This document shows, piece by piece, positions 15,918 through 25,997 of a stretch of DNA of 64,000 nucleotides. The DNA is from Candidatus Micrarchaeia archaeon. GTDB taxonomy: Archaea > Micrarchaeota > Micrarchaeia > Burarchaeales > Fermentimicrarchaeaceae. The notes beneath the pieces are model-generated. The model was not told where the DNA came from. It saw only the letters and a program-made list of their open reading frames with translations, and did not search any database. Position 1 is the first letter of the stretch; the number at the start of each line of letters is the position of its first letter. Position numbers and translations under genes: made by a program. The DNA is taken from contig JAVZHX010000001.1 in assembly GCA_038871515.1 (NCBI GenBank), positions 32,001-96,000 on the forward strand, written 5' to 3'.

Positions 15918-17987
15918 TTAAGTCATTTCAAATTTATACTTTTCTGCTTTCATGAAAAGATAACCCCATACGAAATGATTGAGCAGAATCACAGTTAGAG
16001 ACATTGCGCCTATTGCGATTGTGATGAGCCATGGGTCTCCCCACTCCGCAGTTGCTTTGTTTATGAACGCTCCCAATCCAGTTACGGAGTAGGGGTGGAG
16101 TGGTGAGGTGGAATCGTTTGTTGGAGTGAGAAGAGTGATGTATCCTGAAGAAGCAGGTATTGTGACTGGGTTGCCCCGCTGTGGGGTTGAACCAATCTCC
16201 CCAACAGTGAAGTTTATTGGAAGGTGAAAATCAACGGAATTGGAGTGGAAGGTTATTGAGGCGTTGTGCTTCCCAACACCCATCACCTCAAGCATGCCCA
16301 AACATTTGCCGTCAAAGCAGTTTATTTCTGAAACTCTCTCTCCGACAACCGCAGTCACGCTGTTCAGCTCAACTCCGGAGTAAGTTGCCTCAAACTGAAT
16401 GTGACCGCCGTAGTTTATGTACTCGCTTACAATTGTTGCGTTCCAAGCCCCTCCCCACGCCTGTATACTTCCAACAATAATCCCGGGAAAGATTGCTGGC
16501 AGTATTACGTATCTAACAAACCTCCAATCACTTATTCCAAAGCAGCTCGCCGCCTCGCTTATATCTTTTGGTATTCTTTTTATTGCGCCAATTATATTGA
16601 AAAGTAAATACCACTGGCTGCCAGTAAGAAGGAGGAGCACTGACGCAATCTCAAGCCCGATGGAACCTGTCCCAAAGTATTTGAAAACAATTATTACAAT
16701 GAATGGAAAGAGAGCAAGAGCTGGGATTGATTGCCCTATATCAAAAATCGGCAGGAAAATTTGAGAGAGAAATTTGTTTCTTGTTATAATTATCCCTGCT
16801 GCCAGCGTCCAAGCAAGCGCAATTAGATATGCAAAGAATATTCTGAGAAGGGAGCGGAATGCAAAGTATGGAATTGAGTATGCTTCTGGGTGGGTGTTAA
16901 ATGAGAGCCGTAATTCCGCAAGTGGTTTCTGGAGGGAGGCTGCAAAGAAAAGCGCAAGGAAATACATGGTTACTCCAAAAAGAATTGAGAAGATTATCAG
17001 CTGGTGCAAAGCCATTCTTCTTGGGTCAATTATCACTTCTGGTTTGTGTATTTCAATATGTATTGGTGGGGGACGGGGGATTTTTTGGAAGATGCGCTTT
17101 TCTGAGAGGAATTCAATCAAATCATCTAATTTCTCAAAAGAAAACTCTAACAGCTTGGCGAGAGTGGAGAGCTTCTTTTTTGAAATTTCCTCACCGCCAA
17201 CGGTTTGCACTTTGAATTTTTCTGAGTAGTCAAGCAGGGGAGCCCAGATGAATTTATTTATTATCAGTACAAGCAGAACGAACACTCCAAGCCCAAACAA
17301 AGCTGAGGGGATGTTCTGCTGAACATAAACTGAGTTGGCGAGATAGTAGCCAACTCCAGGGAGCGTATAGACTGCTCCGCCAAACGTCATAAACTCACAC
17401 GCAACAAGGAAATACCACCCTCCCCCCCACGCGAGTATGCTGCCTGTTATGAAGGATGGAAAGATGAACGGAAGCAGCATTTTTCTTAAGTATTTGAAGC
17501 CGGTTACCCCAAACGCTCTGGAAGCGCTCTTCAAATCCTCTGGGATGCTTCTCACTGCTCCATAAACCCCAAAAGCAACTGCCCAAGCCTGCCCTGTGAA
17601 AATGAGAAGGATGGATGCGATTTCAACTCCAAGCTCCCCTGGGAAGAGATTTATGAAGAACAGTATTGCTGCTGGGAGAAAACCCAGAACTGGGATAGAT
17701 TGAAGTATGTCAAGCAATGGTATCATAACCCTTCTTGGTTTTTCGTATAAACCAGCAATTATTCCGTATGAAAGTCCGAATGCAACAGTGAGCACGTATG
17801 CTGCTGTCATTCTCAGCAGAGTTCTGAAAATGAAGTAAGGGAGGTGAACTGTTTGTGGGTTGTTGGCTATCTCGGAAAAAAAGGGAGGGAACAGGATTGC
17901 AAGGAGCAGTAAAGCGAGTGCTACTGCCAGAAGAATAAGAACTTCAAGAAATCTACCAACCTCCATCGTAGGTTTTTTAACAAACAA
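15918..17987 (-). CDS. NitT/TauT-family ABC permease with two fused TM domains and an inserted soluble domain
   Basis: Duplicated P.LDI.QSIP and WGG(G/A)W motifs, EAA-like loops. Confidence 0.9.
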   Translation of the reverse strand: MFVKKPTMEVGRFLEVLILLAVALALLLLAILFPPFFSEIANNPQTVHLPYFIFRTLLRMTAAYVLTVAFGLSYGIIAGLYEKPRRVMIPLLDILQSIPVLGFLPAAILFFINLFPGELGVEIASILLIFTGQAWAVAFGVYGAVRSIPEDLKSASRAFGVTGFKYLRKMLLPFIFPSFITGSILAWGGGWYFLVACEFMTFGGAVYTLPGVGYYLANSVYVQQNIPSALFGLGVFVLLVLIINKFIWAPLLDYSEKFKVQTVGGEEISKKKLSTLAKLLEFSFEKLDDLIEFLSEKRIFQKIPRPPPIHIEIHKPEVIIDPRRMALHQLIIFSILFGVTMYFLALFFAASLQKPLAELRLSFNTHPEAYSIPYFAFRSLLRIFFAYLIALAWTLAAGIIITRNKFLSQIFLPIFDIGQSIPALALFPFIVIIVFKYFGTGSIGLEIASVLLLLTGSQWYLLFNIIGAIKRIPKDISEAASCFGISDWRFVRYVILPAIFPGIIVGSIQAWGGAWNATIVSEYINYGGHIQFEATYSGVELNSVTAVVGERVSEINCFDGKCLGMLEVMGVGKHNASITFHSNSVDFHLPINFTVGEIGSTPQRGNPVTIPASSGYITLLTPTNDSTSPLHPYSVTGLGAFINKATAEWGDPWLITIAIGAMSLTVILLNHFVWGYLFMKAEKYKFEMT

Positions 17988-18029
17988 TCTTTATATTATT
18001 TAACCTAAATAATAACGGGGGTGTTTTTT

Positions 18030-19244
18030 ATGGCTGGGAAGGCTGTTCTGGTTGTGTGCGATGGGTTGGGGGATAGATTGATTAAAAACAGAACTCCTCT
18101 TCAGATGGCGAGGAGAAACAACCTGAACAAGCTTGCTTCAAAAGGAATAACTGGATTGATGCATACAATTGCACCAGGCGTAATTCCGGGAAGCGATACC
18201 GCGCATCTTGCTTTGTTTGGTTATGACCCGTATACATCGTATCAGGGAAGGGGAGTTTACGAGGCGCTTGGTGCTGGTTTGGAGCTTGAGGAAGGGGATA
18301 TTGCGTTCAGGTGCAACTTCGCAACTGTTGATGAAAGAGGGATAGTTAGGGACAGAAGGGCAGGGAGGATAAGAGATATTGGGCCGGTGCTTGCGAAGGA
18401 GCTTGATGGGCAGAAAGTGGATAGCGTGAGAATTGTTTTCAAAGCAACCACTGAGCACAGGGGGGTGCTTGTTTTAAGGGGGCAGGGGCTTTCAAGAAAT
18501 ATAACTGATACTGACCCACATGAGCTCAACGTGCCAGTTCTGAAATCAAAGCCGTTGGATGGAACAATGGAAGCTAAGAGGACTGCTTTCATACTGAACC
18601 GATTCACCGATTTATCTCATGAGATACTCAACGAGCATCCGATAAATGAGGAGAGGAGGAAGAAGGGGAAACCACCAGCGAATATAGTTCTCTCAAGAGG
18701 AGCTGGAGCGTATAAAAGTTTGGATTCGCTGGGTGAAAAGTACGGAATAAAGAGCGCGTGCATAGCAGGAGGTGCCCTTTACAAAGGAGTGGCAAGAGCG
18801 GTTGGCATGGATGTGATTGAAGTTGAAGGCGCGACTGGAACGGCGGATACTGATTTGATGGCAAAGGCAAAAGCAGTGAAAAAGGCACTTGAGGAGTATG
18901 ATGTTGTTTTTCTTCATGTGAAAGCAACCGATAACTTCAGCCATGATGGGGATGTGAAGGGAAAGGTGAAGATGATTGAGAAAGTTGACAAGATGGTTGG
19001 GGAGCTTATGAAAAATGATGTATATATAGTATTTACTGGTGACCACAGCACCCCTTGCTCTTTGAGGAATCACTCAGCAGATCCCCTGCCAATAGTTATT
19101 CACGGGAGAGGAGTGATACCAGATGAAGTTAAAAAGTTTGACGAAGTTTCATGCATGAAGGGAGGGTTGGGGCATATAAGGGGGATGGATATTATGCCAA
19201 TTATACTCAGTTTGATAGGTAAGACAGGTATTTTTGGCTCGTAG
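18030..19244 (+). CDS. apgM: 2,3-bisphosphoglycerate-independent phosphoglycerate mutase
   Basis: DGLGD, PGSDTAHL, GRGVYEALG, HVKATD..SHDG, GDHSTP. Confidence 0.95.
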   Translation: MAGKAVLVVCDGLGDRLIKNRTPLQMARRNNLNKLASKGITGLMHTIAPGVIPGSDTAHLALFGYDPYTSYQGRGVYEALGAGLELEEGDIAFRCNFATVDERGIVRDRRAGRIRDIGPVLAKELDGQKVDSVRIVFKATTEHRGVLVLRGQGLSRNITDTDPHELNVPVLKSKPLDGTMEAKRTAFILNRFTDLSHEILNEHPINEERRKKGKPPANIVLSRGAGAYKSLDSLGEKYGIKSACIAGGALYKGVARAVGMDVIEVEGATGTADTDLMAKAKAVKKALEEYDVVFLHVKATDNFSHDGDVKGKVKMIEKVDKMVGELMKNDVYIVFTGDHSTPCSLRNHSADPLPIVIHGRGVIPDEVKKFDEVSCMKGGLGHIRGMDIMPIILSLIGKTGIFGS

Positions 19245-19250
19245 GGTTAG

Positions 19251-19670
19251 TTGATGAAATACCGCTTTCTTGAGCATACTGCTGATGTGCTTTTTGAAGC
19301 TTATGGGGATAGTTTTGGGGAGGCAGTGGAGAATGCTGCAGCTGCGATGTTTGACGTGATGTGTTATCCTGAGAGAGTTGATGAAAGAATAAAGTTTGAA
19401 GTTGAGGAGAAAGCGAATACATTAGAGAATCTTGCTGTTTTCACCCTTTCAACAATTCTCTCTGAATGCGAGGTGAGAGGAGTTCTTCCAAAAAGATTCG
19501 AGGTGAAAAGCTTCTCCAAAAAAAATGCAGAATATAGATTGCAGGGAGTTGTTTATGGAGGTGAGTGGGAGAGCAGCAAAGTTAAAAAAGATGTTAAAGC
19601 AGTCACCCATCACATGGTGAAAGTTGAGAGAGATAAAAAATTCAGAATAAGGATGTTGCTTGATATTTAA
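19251..19670 (+). CDS. Archease
   Basis: EHTADV and VKAVTHH motifs, C-terminal LDI. Confidence 0.95.
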   Translation: MMKYRFLEHTADVLFEAYGDSFGEAVENAAAAMFDVMCYPERVDERIKFEVEEKANTLENLAVFTLSTILSECEVRGVLPKRFEVKSFSKKNAEYRLQGVVYGGEWESSKVKKDVKAVTHHMVKVERDKKFRIRMLLDI

Positions 19671-20620
19671 GTTTCTTGGTAAAGCTCGTCAAGCTCTTTG
19701 TTTAACTTTTCAATTTCATCCAAGTTAGTTTCAAGTTTAACCCAAATTTCTTCTGTGTGCGTTTCAACTTTTATTTTTCCAAGCACGTCTGCCAAGGTGC
19801 TTTCTGCTGGTGAGATTCCTCTTGCCAGTGAGAGAGAGCTTTCAATTAATTTTGATATGTCGTTTGCGCTTGGAGCATCATCTGCAAGGATGATTGCCTT
19901 GAAGTTAATTTTCCTTCCCTCCTTGCTGATTGAGAAGCCAGTTGACTTTGTTTTTGAGAAAGCAGCAACGCCAAAGCTTCCATCGCTGGAGTTCAGCTCC
20001 CTTCTGATTGCTTCTGTGTTTTCAAAAAGCAGCATGAAAACTGCCTTCTCATCCAGTTTCTCATAAACTCTTTTCAGCGAGCTTCGCGCCTTGATGCTTT
20101 CGCCCTTTCCATTTACCAAATCAACCGAATCCTCAACCGCCTCCTTTGAGCCACCAACAAGAAAGTTCTGCAGGAAGGAGAAGTACGTTTTGTTTTCTGG
20201 CGCTTCTTTTGAAGTAACCTCGTATATAATCTGATTGTTGTATTTAAGCTCGTTTATCAAATTGTTCAATTTCATGCTGTCAAGAATTTTCTCCTTCTCT
20301 ATTTTTCCTCTTGCAATGAAACCACCATATGTTTCGCTCTCCTGCTCAAGCGAGTCAAATTTGAAGAAAAGAACAATTCTCTCAACGTTGGTTGGGTTTA
20401 TACCGGTTGTCGCCTCAATTCTTTTTATCTCAAGCTGCATCTCCTCGCTGCTGTTGTATAAAGCAATAAAATCAGAATCGTTGAGCAAGGAGGATGGGCG
20501 GAAGATTATCAGAGCGTTAGCTGAGTTAGGCACCATCTCAAGCTCATCCTTCTGCGTCTCCCATGGAAGGGTTACGCAACCAAGAAGCAAAAGCAAAGCA
20601 ACAATGGCAAGTTTTCTCAT
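19667..20620 (-). CDS. Lipoprotein of unknown function (DUF3352-like)
   Basis: Lipobox LLGC; LVGGSKEAVEDSVD pattern. Confidence 0.6.
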   Translation of the reverse strand: MRKLAIVALLLLLGCVTLPWETQKDELEMVPNSANALIIFRPSSLLNDSDFIALYNSSEEMQLEIKRIEATTGINPTNVERIVLFFKFDSLEQESETYGGFIARGKIEKEKILDSMKLNNLINELKYNNQIIYEVTSKEAPENKTYFSFLQNFLVGGSKEAVEDSVDLVNGKGESIKARSSLKRVYEKLDEKAVFMLLFENTEAIRRELNSSDGSFGVAAFSKTKSTGFSISKEGRKINFKAIILADDAPSANDISKLIESSLSLARGISPAESTLADVLGKIKVETHTEEIWVKLETNLDEIEKLNKELDELYQET

Positions 20621-20690
20621 AGTTTATTTTTATCTGATGGATTATAAAAGATTATGCAAGAATTTAAAGCAGATTGTGTAAAATAATAGC

Positions 20691-21716
20691 ATGCAGCTGG
20701 GTTTGTTTGGGAGGGAGAGTGAGCAGAAAAGCAGAATTAGAGTGGGAGAGGATGGGTTTGAAATAACATTCATAAAAAGGTATGGAAGCTATACTGTGAG
20801 GAATTATCATTTATTCACTCTGAAGAAAGTTGGGAAGGAGTTCAATGTTCCGAGTTTGTTCACAAGAAAATTCAGAGGAATACCTTTCTCAATTCTCTAT
20901 GACTTTGAGGAGGAGAGGATATATCTGGTTAGCATTGGAGTGAGAAGGGAGGTTGTTGAAAGCATTTTTGCTGGTGTGGAGGGGTTGGAGTTTGAGCATT
21001 TATCTGAATGCCTGGATGAGGAGATAGAAGCAAGGACGTTGTGGAGGTATGTGGCGTTTCCCCTTCCGAATGAGTTTTATGATTATTCGGATATGAGCAG
21101 CGAACGCGCTTTATTCCTTCAATCAAAAATTTATTATAACCCAGAAAGCCTTGCGGATATATACAATGCAATGAAGGGAAGAAAAGCGAGGATGCTTGTT
21201 TCATTCGTGCCTGCTTCTGAGGAGGAGCTGGAGAGGGAGAGGGAGCTTTATGAGGAGGAAGCAGAGCTGAAAGAACCGATGGAGTTCCACAGAAAGGAGA
21301 GGAAAGTTTCAAGGTTGGTTTTGTTAAGCAATGTGCTTGCAAGCATGTTCACAACAACTCCTGTAACTGATTTGAGCAAAGGAGCAATTTACTCAAGTGA
21401 AAAAGTTGAGAGGGTGGAGGGGAGGAGGGATTTGGAGAGAAGACACATCGCGCGCACAATAGTTGGAATGTGCAACCTTGCAAAGTTCACCAACGATGCA
21501 GTTTTTAGAGTTTCCTTCATAGGTTATGGAGAGAATTCTGATTTGCTGGAGATGCACTTCCGCTCCAAGTTTCCCTGCTTGAAGGAGCCAGTTTCTGTTA
21601 CTGAGGAGCTCACTTATGGAATACCGCAGGGGGGAGGCGATGTTATGAGTGGCCTGTTCGCTTCAAACTTCATCTACTTCCCAAAGAAGTATTCTATAGA
21701 TGAGGAAAGAGTTTAA
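20691..21716 (+). CDS. Hypothetical protein
   Basis: 341-aa ORF with host-like codon usage; no recognisable motif. Confidence 0.6.
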   Translation: MQLGLFGRESEQKSRIRVGEDGFEITFIKRYGSYTVRNYHLFTLKKVGKEFNVPSLFTRKFRGIPFSILYDFEEERIYLVSIGVRREVVESIFAGVEGLEFEHLSECLDEEIEARTLWRYVAFPLPNEFYDYSDMSSERALFLQSKIYYNPESLADIYNAMKGRKARMLVSFVPASEEELERERELYEEEAELKEPMEFHRKERKVSRLVLLSNVLASMFTTTPVTDLSKGAIYSSEKVERVEGRRDLERRHIARTIVGMCNLAKFTNDAVFRVSFIGYGENSDLLEMHFRSKFPCLKEPVSVTEELTYGIPQGGGDVMSGLFASNFIYFPKKYSIDEERV

Positions 21717-21743
21717 AAGAAAGATGAGTTAAAATTTATCTGC

Positions 21744-21817
21744 AGCCCCGTCATCTAGCTGGCTAAGGATAACGGGCTCTGGACCCGTTGACGTCGGTTC
21801 GAATCCGACCGGGGCTA
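21744..21817 (+). tRNA. tRNA-Gln(CTG)
   Basis: Acceptor AGCCCCG/CGGGGCT, anticodon arm ACGGG-CTCTGGA-CCCGT, T-loop GTTCGAATC; no intron, no encoded CCA. Confidence 0.95.
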
Positions 21818-21819
21818 CT

Positions 21820-22263
21820 GTGAAATCACTAGTAGTATACATATCTGTTCACCATGGAAACACAAAAAGAGTAGCCGAAGCAATAGCAAGTGAGCTTGGC
21901 GCAAAGCTTGTCAAAGCAGATGAAGTTGAACCAAATAGCGTTTTGAAATATGATTTGGTTGGGTTTGGCTCTGGAATTTATATATTCAATTACCACAGAA
22001 GCATTCTGAGTTTAGTTGAGAAACTCCCAAAAGTGAAAAAAAGAGCATTTGTTTTTTCAACAAGCGGAAGCGGTAAACCTCAGGGAGATTTGAGAAGAAG
22101 GTTGGAGGAGAAAGGGTTTGAGGTGGTTGGGGAGTTTCACTGCAAAGGATGGGACACTGTAGGTCCTTTGAAGTTTTTCGGTGGGATTAATAAGGGGAAA
22201 CCTGATGAAAATGATTTGGAAAGGGCGAGGGAGTTTGCAAGGAGTTTGAAAACAAAAGTTTAG
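21820..22263 (+). CDS. Flavodoxin family protein
   Basis: YISVHHGNTKRVA, GFGSGIY, FSTSG. Confidence 0.9.
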   Translation: MKSLVVYISVHHGNTKRVAEAIASELGAKLVKADEVEPNSVLKYDLVGFGSGIYIFNYHRSILSLVEKLPKVKKRAFVFSTSGSGKPQGDLRRRLEEKGFEVVGEFHCKGWDTVGPLKFFGGINKGKPDENDLERAREFARSLKTKV

Positions 22264-22661
22264 TCCAGCTTTGTGTAGACGTAGCTTCTCACTGCTTCCT
22301 TTGCCTTTCTTATATCATCTACTTTGAAGGCAAACAGCCCCTCCTTCCCTTTCTTCTCTAAACTGTAGACACTTCGGATATTCACTCCCTTAAACGCGAG
22401 TATCGCAGCAACTGTTCCTATTTCACCAGGTCTGTCCACAAGTTTAAGAACGAGCACTTCTGATTCTGCTGTGAGAAAGCCTGCCTCCTCCAGTATTCTT
22501 TTCACTTTCTCAGTATCCCTTACAACAATGTGTATCACCGCTGTTCCGCCAATGCTTTCAGCGGATATGTAATCTATATTTATTTTATTTTCACTTAGCT
22601 TGTTAGCTATTTTAGCCAGCAAACCAACCCTATCCTCAGCAAATATTGTTAACTCCTTCAT
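22260..22661 (-). CDS. Tandem ACT domain protein
   Basis: EDRVGLLA..LSENKINI and DRPGEIG...GVNI. Confidence 0.85.
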   Translation of the reverse strand: MKELTIFAEDRVGLLAKIANKLSENKINIDYISAESIGGTAVIHIVVRDTEKVKRILEEAGFLTAESEVLVLKLVDRPGEIGTVAAILAFKGVNIRSVYSLEKKGKEGLFAFKVDDIRKAKEAVRSYVYTKLD

Positions 22662-22746
22662 TTCTACCGCCTCAAATTTATTGAGTAGAGTGGTATATTA
22701 AATTATTGCCTGTTAATGGTGTTGTGGTATAGAGGGAGATTGCAAA

Positions 22747-23046
22747 TCACTCTCCAACCCATTCAATAAACTCCTTTGAACCTCTCTCAACTTTGAATGC
22801 AACAATGCACGGCAGTTCATAGGGGTGAAGCTCTCTTACTCTGCTCTCAAGCTTCTTGTAATTTCTTTCGCTTGTTTTCGCGATAAGAATAGATTCCTTC
22901 TCTCTCTCAAGCTTTCCCTTCCAAAAGAAAATTGATTCCATAGCAGGTATTATGTTCACGCATCTTGCAAGCTTTTCTTTTATAATTATCTCCCCAACTT
23001 TTCTCGCTTCCTTAACATTTGGAAACGTTATATAAACAAAAAGCAT
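22747..23046 (-). CDS. cutA: Divalent-cation tolerance protein CutA
   Basis: LARCVNI..MESIFFWKG, KT, LHPYELPCI. Confidence 0.95.
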   Translation of the reverse strand: MLFVYITFPNVKEARKVGEIIIKEKLARCVNIIPAMESIFFWKGKLEREKESILIAKTSERNYKKLESRVRELHPYELPCIVAFKVERGSKEFIEWVGE

Positions 23047-24008
23047 CAGTCTCCCTCCACAAATTCATTTAACGTCATTTGTGATGCTTCAATTGCTTTT
23101 GCGTTATAACCCCGTCTTCTCAGCTCGCTTGCGAACCTCACAGTTTCGCCATGCGCGCAGTAAACTTTCTTTGGCGATGCTCTTTCAACGTATTCAATCA
23201 ATTGATTGAAATCCGCATGGTCGCTTAAAGGGAATGCTCTGTCTGCCAAGTAGCCATATTTCAAAGCCCAGCCACTTGCAACTGCACACACAACTTTCCT
23301 TCCATACAAACTTTCAAGCTTCCTGCAGAAACTTCTGTTCGCAAGCTGAGGGATGGTAACAGCGATGAAGCTTCCCTTCATAATCCCCTCTGCTTCCTCA
23401 CTTCTAACAGGAATTCTGTCAAGTTTAACTCCAAATCTCTCGTAAACACAACATGCCTTTTCAACTGCCGACTCAACAACTGGCGCCACTCCAAGGTATT
23501 CGTTTGAGAATTTTATAAGCTCCTGGGCTTTTCCAATTGGGTAGCCTCCAAGAAGAACAATCGCGCCTCTTGAGAGGTTGCTTTCAACCCACTTCGCCAT
23601 AGAAGAGAAAACAAACTCCCTTTCCGGAAAAACCATCTGAGGTGAACCATACGTGCTTTCTATGACAAGAACATCGCATCTCTGAACTTCTGCTCCTTTC
23701 GTTGTCAAACCATCCTGAAGTTTAAAGTCACCAGTATATATTAAGGTAGTGCCGTCGCATTCTGCTTTGAGCTGGCGTGAGCCGAGTATGTGGCCGGAGT
23801 TGAGAAGCTCAAATTTAACTCCGTCAGACTTCGGTGGAGTAACGTCAGTGGAGTAACCTGCAAGCGCAAAAGTTTCTTCAGAAGCAAGTATTCTTTTTCT
23901 GCGTTTCGTTAAGGCAGTTATATGATCGGAATGAGCATGGGAGACAAAACAGTTCTCCCTCCCGCACCCATCCAAAGAGATGGCTGTTTCTCCAACTTCA
24001 AGGTTCAT
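23046..24008 (-). CDS. Metallo-beta-lactamase/beta-CASP nuclease
   Basis: SHAHSDH, GHILGS, YTGD, ESTYG, SDHAD, HG motifs; start 24008 or 24026. Confidence 0.9.
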   Translation of the reverse strand: MNLEVGETAISLDGCGRENCFVSHAHSDHITALTKRRKRILASEETFALAGYSTDVTPPKSDGVKFELLNSGHILGSRQLKAECDGTTLIYTGDFKLQDGLTTKGAEVQRCDVLVIESTYGSPQMVFPEREFVFSSMAKWVESNLSRGAIVLLGGYPIGKAQELIKFSNEYLGVAPVVESAVEKACCVYERFGVKLDRIPVRSEEAEGIMKGSFIAVTIPQLANRSFCRKLESLYGRKVVCAVASGWALKYGYLADRAFPLSDHADFNQLIEYVERASPKKVYCAHGETVRFASELRRRGYNAKAIEASQMTLNEFVEGD

Positions 24009-24107
24009 GGCAGCATCCAGTCGCATGATGAATTTTCTCCTTCCTTAAATAAATATTCCTTAGCAAGTAATATTAAAAACTCAAGCACAAAATAGATTGG
24101 TGTTCCC

Positions 24108-25019
24108 ATGTATGACGTATTGATTGTTGGTGGTGGGCCTGCGGGTTTGACTGCGGGTATATTCGCTGCAAAAAGAAAGCTCAGCGCAGTTGTTTTGAAT
24201 GATGGGGAGTTTGGAGGGCAGCTCATCACTGCTTTCTGGATAGAGAACTACCCAGGCATGGGGAGGATAGAGGGAAAGGAGCTTGCAAAAAAACTTGTGG
24301 AGCATGCGAGGGAAGCAGGAGTTGTTATGAAAAAAGAGGAAGTTAAAATGATTGAGAAAAGGAATAATGGTTTTGTTGTGAAAACAGAGGATGGAGAGTA
24401 TGAAGCAAAAGCAGTTATAATTGCAACTGGAGCGAAGTGCAGAAGTATTGGAGTGTGTGGGGAGAATGAGTATTTAGGGAAGGGAGTTTCTTTCTCAGCA
24501 AGCTGTGACGGGGAGAGTTTCAGAGGAAAAAAGGTTGCGGTTATAGGAGGGGGGGATTCTGCGCTGAAAGCTGCTTTACATTTAAGCGGAATAGCTTCAG
24601 AAGTTTACCTAATTCACAGGAGGGAGGAGTTCAGGGCAGAGGAGGGGTTGCAGGCAGAACTTAGAAGAAGCAGTGTGAAACTTCTGCTGAATAAAGCTCC
24701 AAAGGAGTTTAAAGGCGATGTTTGTTTGAGAAGTGTTGTTATTGAGGATGCGAACACCCACGAGGTAAGTGAGTTGAGTGTTGATGGTGTTTTTGTTTAC
24801 GTTGGGAGCACCCCTGCCTCATCGCTGGCTGCAAAGCTTGGAGTTGAGGTGGATGAGAGAGGCTTCATAAAAGTTGATAGAAATCAGAAAACAAATATAC
24901 CTGGTGTTTTTGCAGCGGGGGATATAACTGGTGGTATCCTACAGGTGATTGGAGCGTGCGGGGAGGGAGCAGTTGCAGCAACAAGGGTATATGAATACAT
25001 AAGAAGCAGAGCACAGTAA
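24108..25019 (+). CDS. trxB: Thioredoxin reductase-like flavoprotein (SxxC in place of CxxC)
   Basis: GGGPAG, ENYPG, ATG, GGGDSA, HRREEFRA, GVFAAGD. Confidence 0.85.
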   Translation: MYDVLIVGGGPAGLTAGIFAAKRKLSAVVLNDGEFGGQLITAFWIENYPGMGRIEGKELAKKLVEHAREAGVVMKKEEVKMIEKRNNGFVVKTEDGEYEAKAVIIATGAKCRSIGVCGENEYLGKGVSFSASCDGESFRGKKVAVIGGGDSALKAALHLSGIASEVYLIHRREEFRAEEGLQAELRRSSVKLLLNKAPKEFKGDVCLRSVVIEDANTHEVSELSVDGVFVYVGSTPASSLAAKLGVEVDERGFIKVDRNQKTNIPGVFAAGDITGGILQVIGACGEGAVAATRVYEYIRSRAQ

Positions 25020-25048
25020 GATTAATATACGGTTGATAATAATTACTT

Positions 25049-25333
25049 TTGGGTGATAGGATGCCGGAACCCTCGTATAGACTGCTGTTGTGGGATATAA
25101 GTTCGTACTGGATGCACATACTTTTTGTGCTGTTTCCAGTTGCAACCACGTTGTATGTTATGGCGCTTGCCAACCCGTTTGCACTGCTAAGGCCTGGCGC
25201 AGTTGGGGATGTGGACATATCAAGGGCAACTCTCTGGACGCTCATCTCAATAAACGTCTCCCTTGTGTTCATACTTGTGGAGCTGACGACGATATACTTG
25301 CTCTGGTTTAGCGAAAAACGAAAGAGAAGGTAG
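25049..25333 (+). CDS. Small membrane protein
   Basis: Two hydrophobic helices and a basic tail. Confidence 0.55.
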   Translation: MGDRMPEPSYRLLLWDISSYWMHILFVLFPVATTLYVMALANPFALLRPGAVGDVDISRATLWTLISINVSLVFILVELTTIYLLWFSEKRKRR

Positions 25334-25340
25334 CTGAGTT

Positions 25341-25997
25341 ATGCGAAGGAGAACATACCTTGATTTGCTTATTCTACTGCTTCAGAGTGGAGGGGGAGAT
25401 AAAGTTTTTGCGACAACAGGAGATATAGCAAGGGAGCTTGGAATATCACAACAAAGCGCTTCACGGTGGATAATACAGCTTGAGAGGGAAGGGTTTTTGA
25501 GAAGGGGGCATTCGACAATTTCTTTAACAGAGAAAGCGCTTGAGGAGCTTAGGAAGTTGTACTGCGTGCTGAAGGGCTCGTTTGAGGAGGAGCTTCCTAT
25601 AAGAATTTCTGGGTATGTGGTTTCGGGTTTGAAGGATGGGCAGTATTACCTTTCCCTCCCTCGTTATGTGAGGCAGTTTGAAAAGAAGCTTGGCTTCTCA
25701 CCTTTCCCAGGTACTTTGAATGTGGTTATTGATGAAAGGGATAAGAAGCTGATGCTGAGCAGAATGAGAGGGATTATGGTGAATGGGTTCAGCATTGGGA
25801 GGAGGGTGCTGGGAAAGGTGAAGTGCTTCCCAGCGGTTATAAATGATAAGGTGGAGGGAGCGCTTGTGCTTCCTGAGAGGTCTCACTACAACTCGGGAAC
25901 GGTGGAGGTAATTTCTAAGTATAACTTAAGAAAAGTGCTGAAATTGAAGGATGGCAGCAGGGTTAGGATAAAAGTTGTGAAACCTGAAACCTCTTAG
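25341..25997 (+). CDS. ribK: CTP-dependent riboflavin kinase with N-terminal HTH (RbkR type)
   Basis: SQQSASRW HTH; VSGLKDGQYY, PFPGTLN, PERSHY, LRKVLKLKDG. Confidence 0.9.
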   Translation: MRRRTYLDLLILLLQSGGGDKVFATTGDIARELGISQQSASRWIIQLEREGFLRRGHSTISLTEKALEELRKLYCVLKGSFEEELPIRISGYVVSGLKDGQYYLSLPRYVRQFEKKLGFSPFPGTLNVVIDERDKKLMLSRMRGIMVNGFSIGRRVLGKVKCFPAVINDKVEGALVLPERSHYNSGTVEVISKYNLRKVLKLKDGSRVRIKVVKPETS

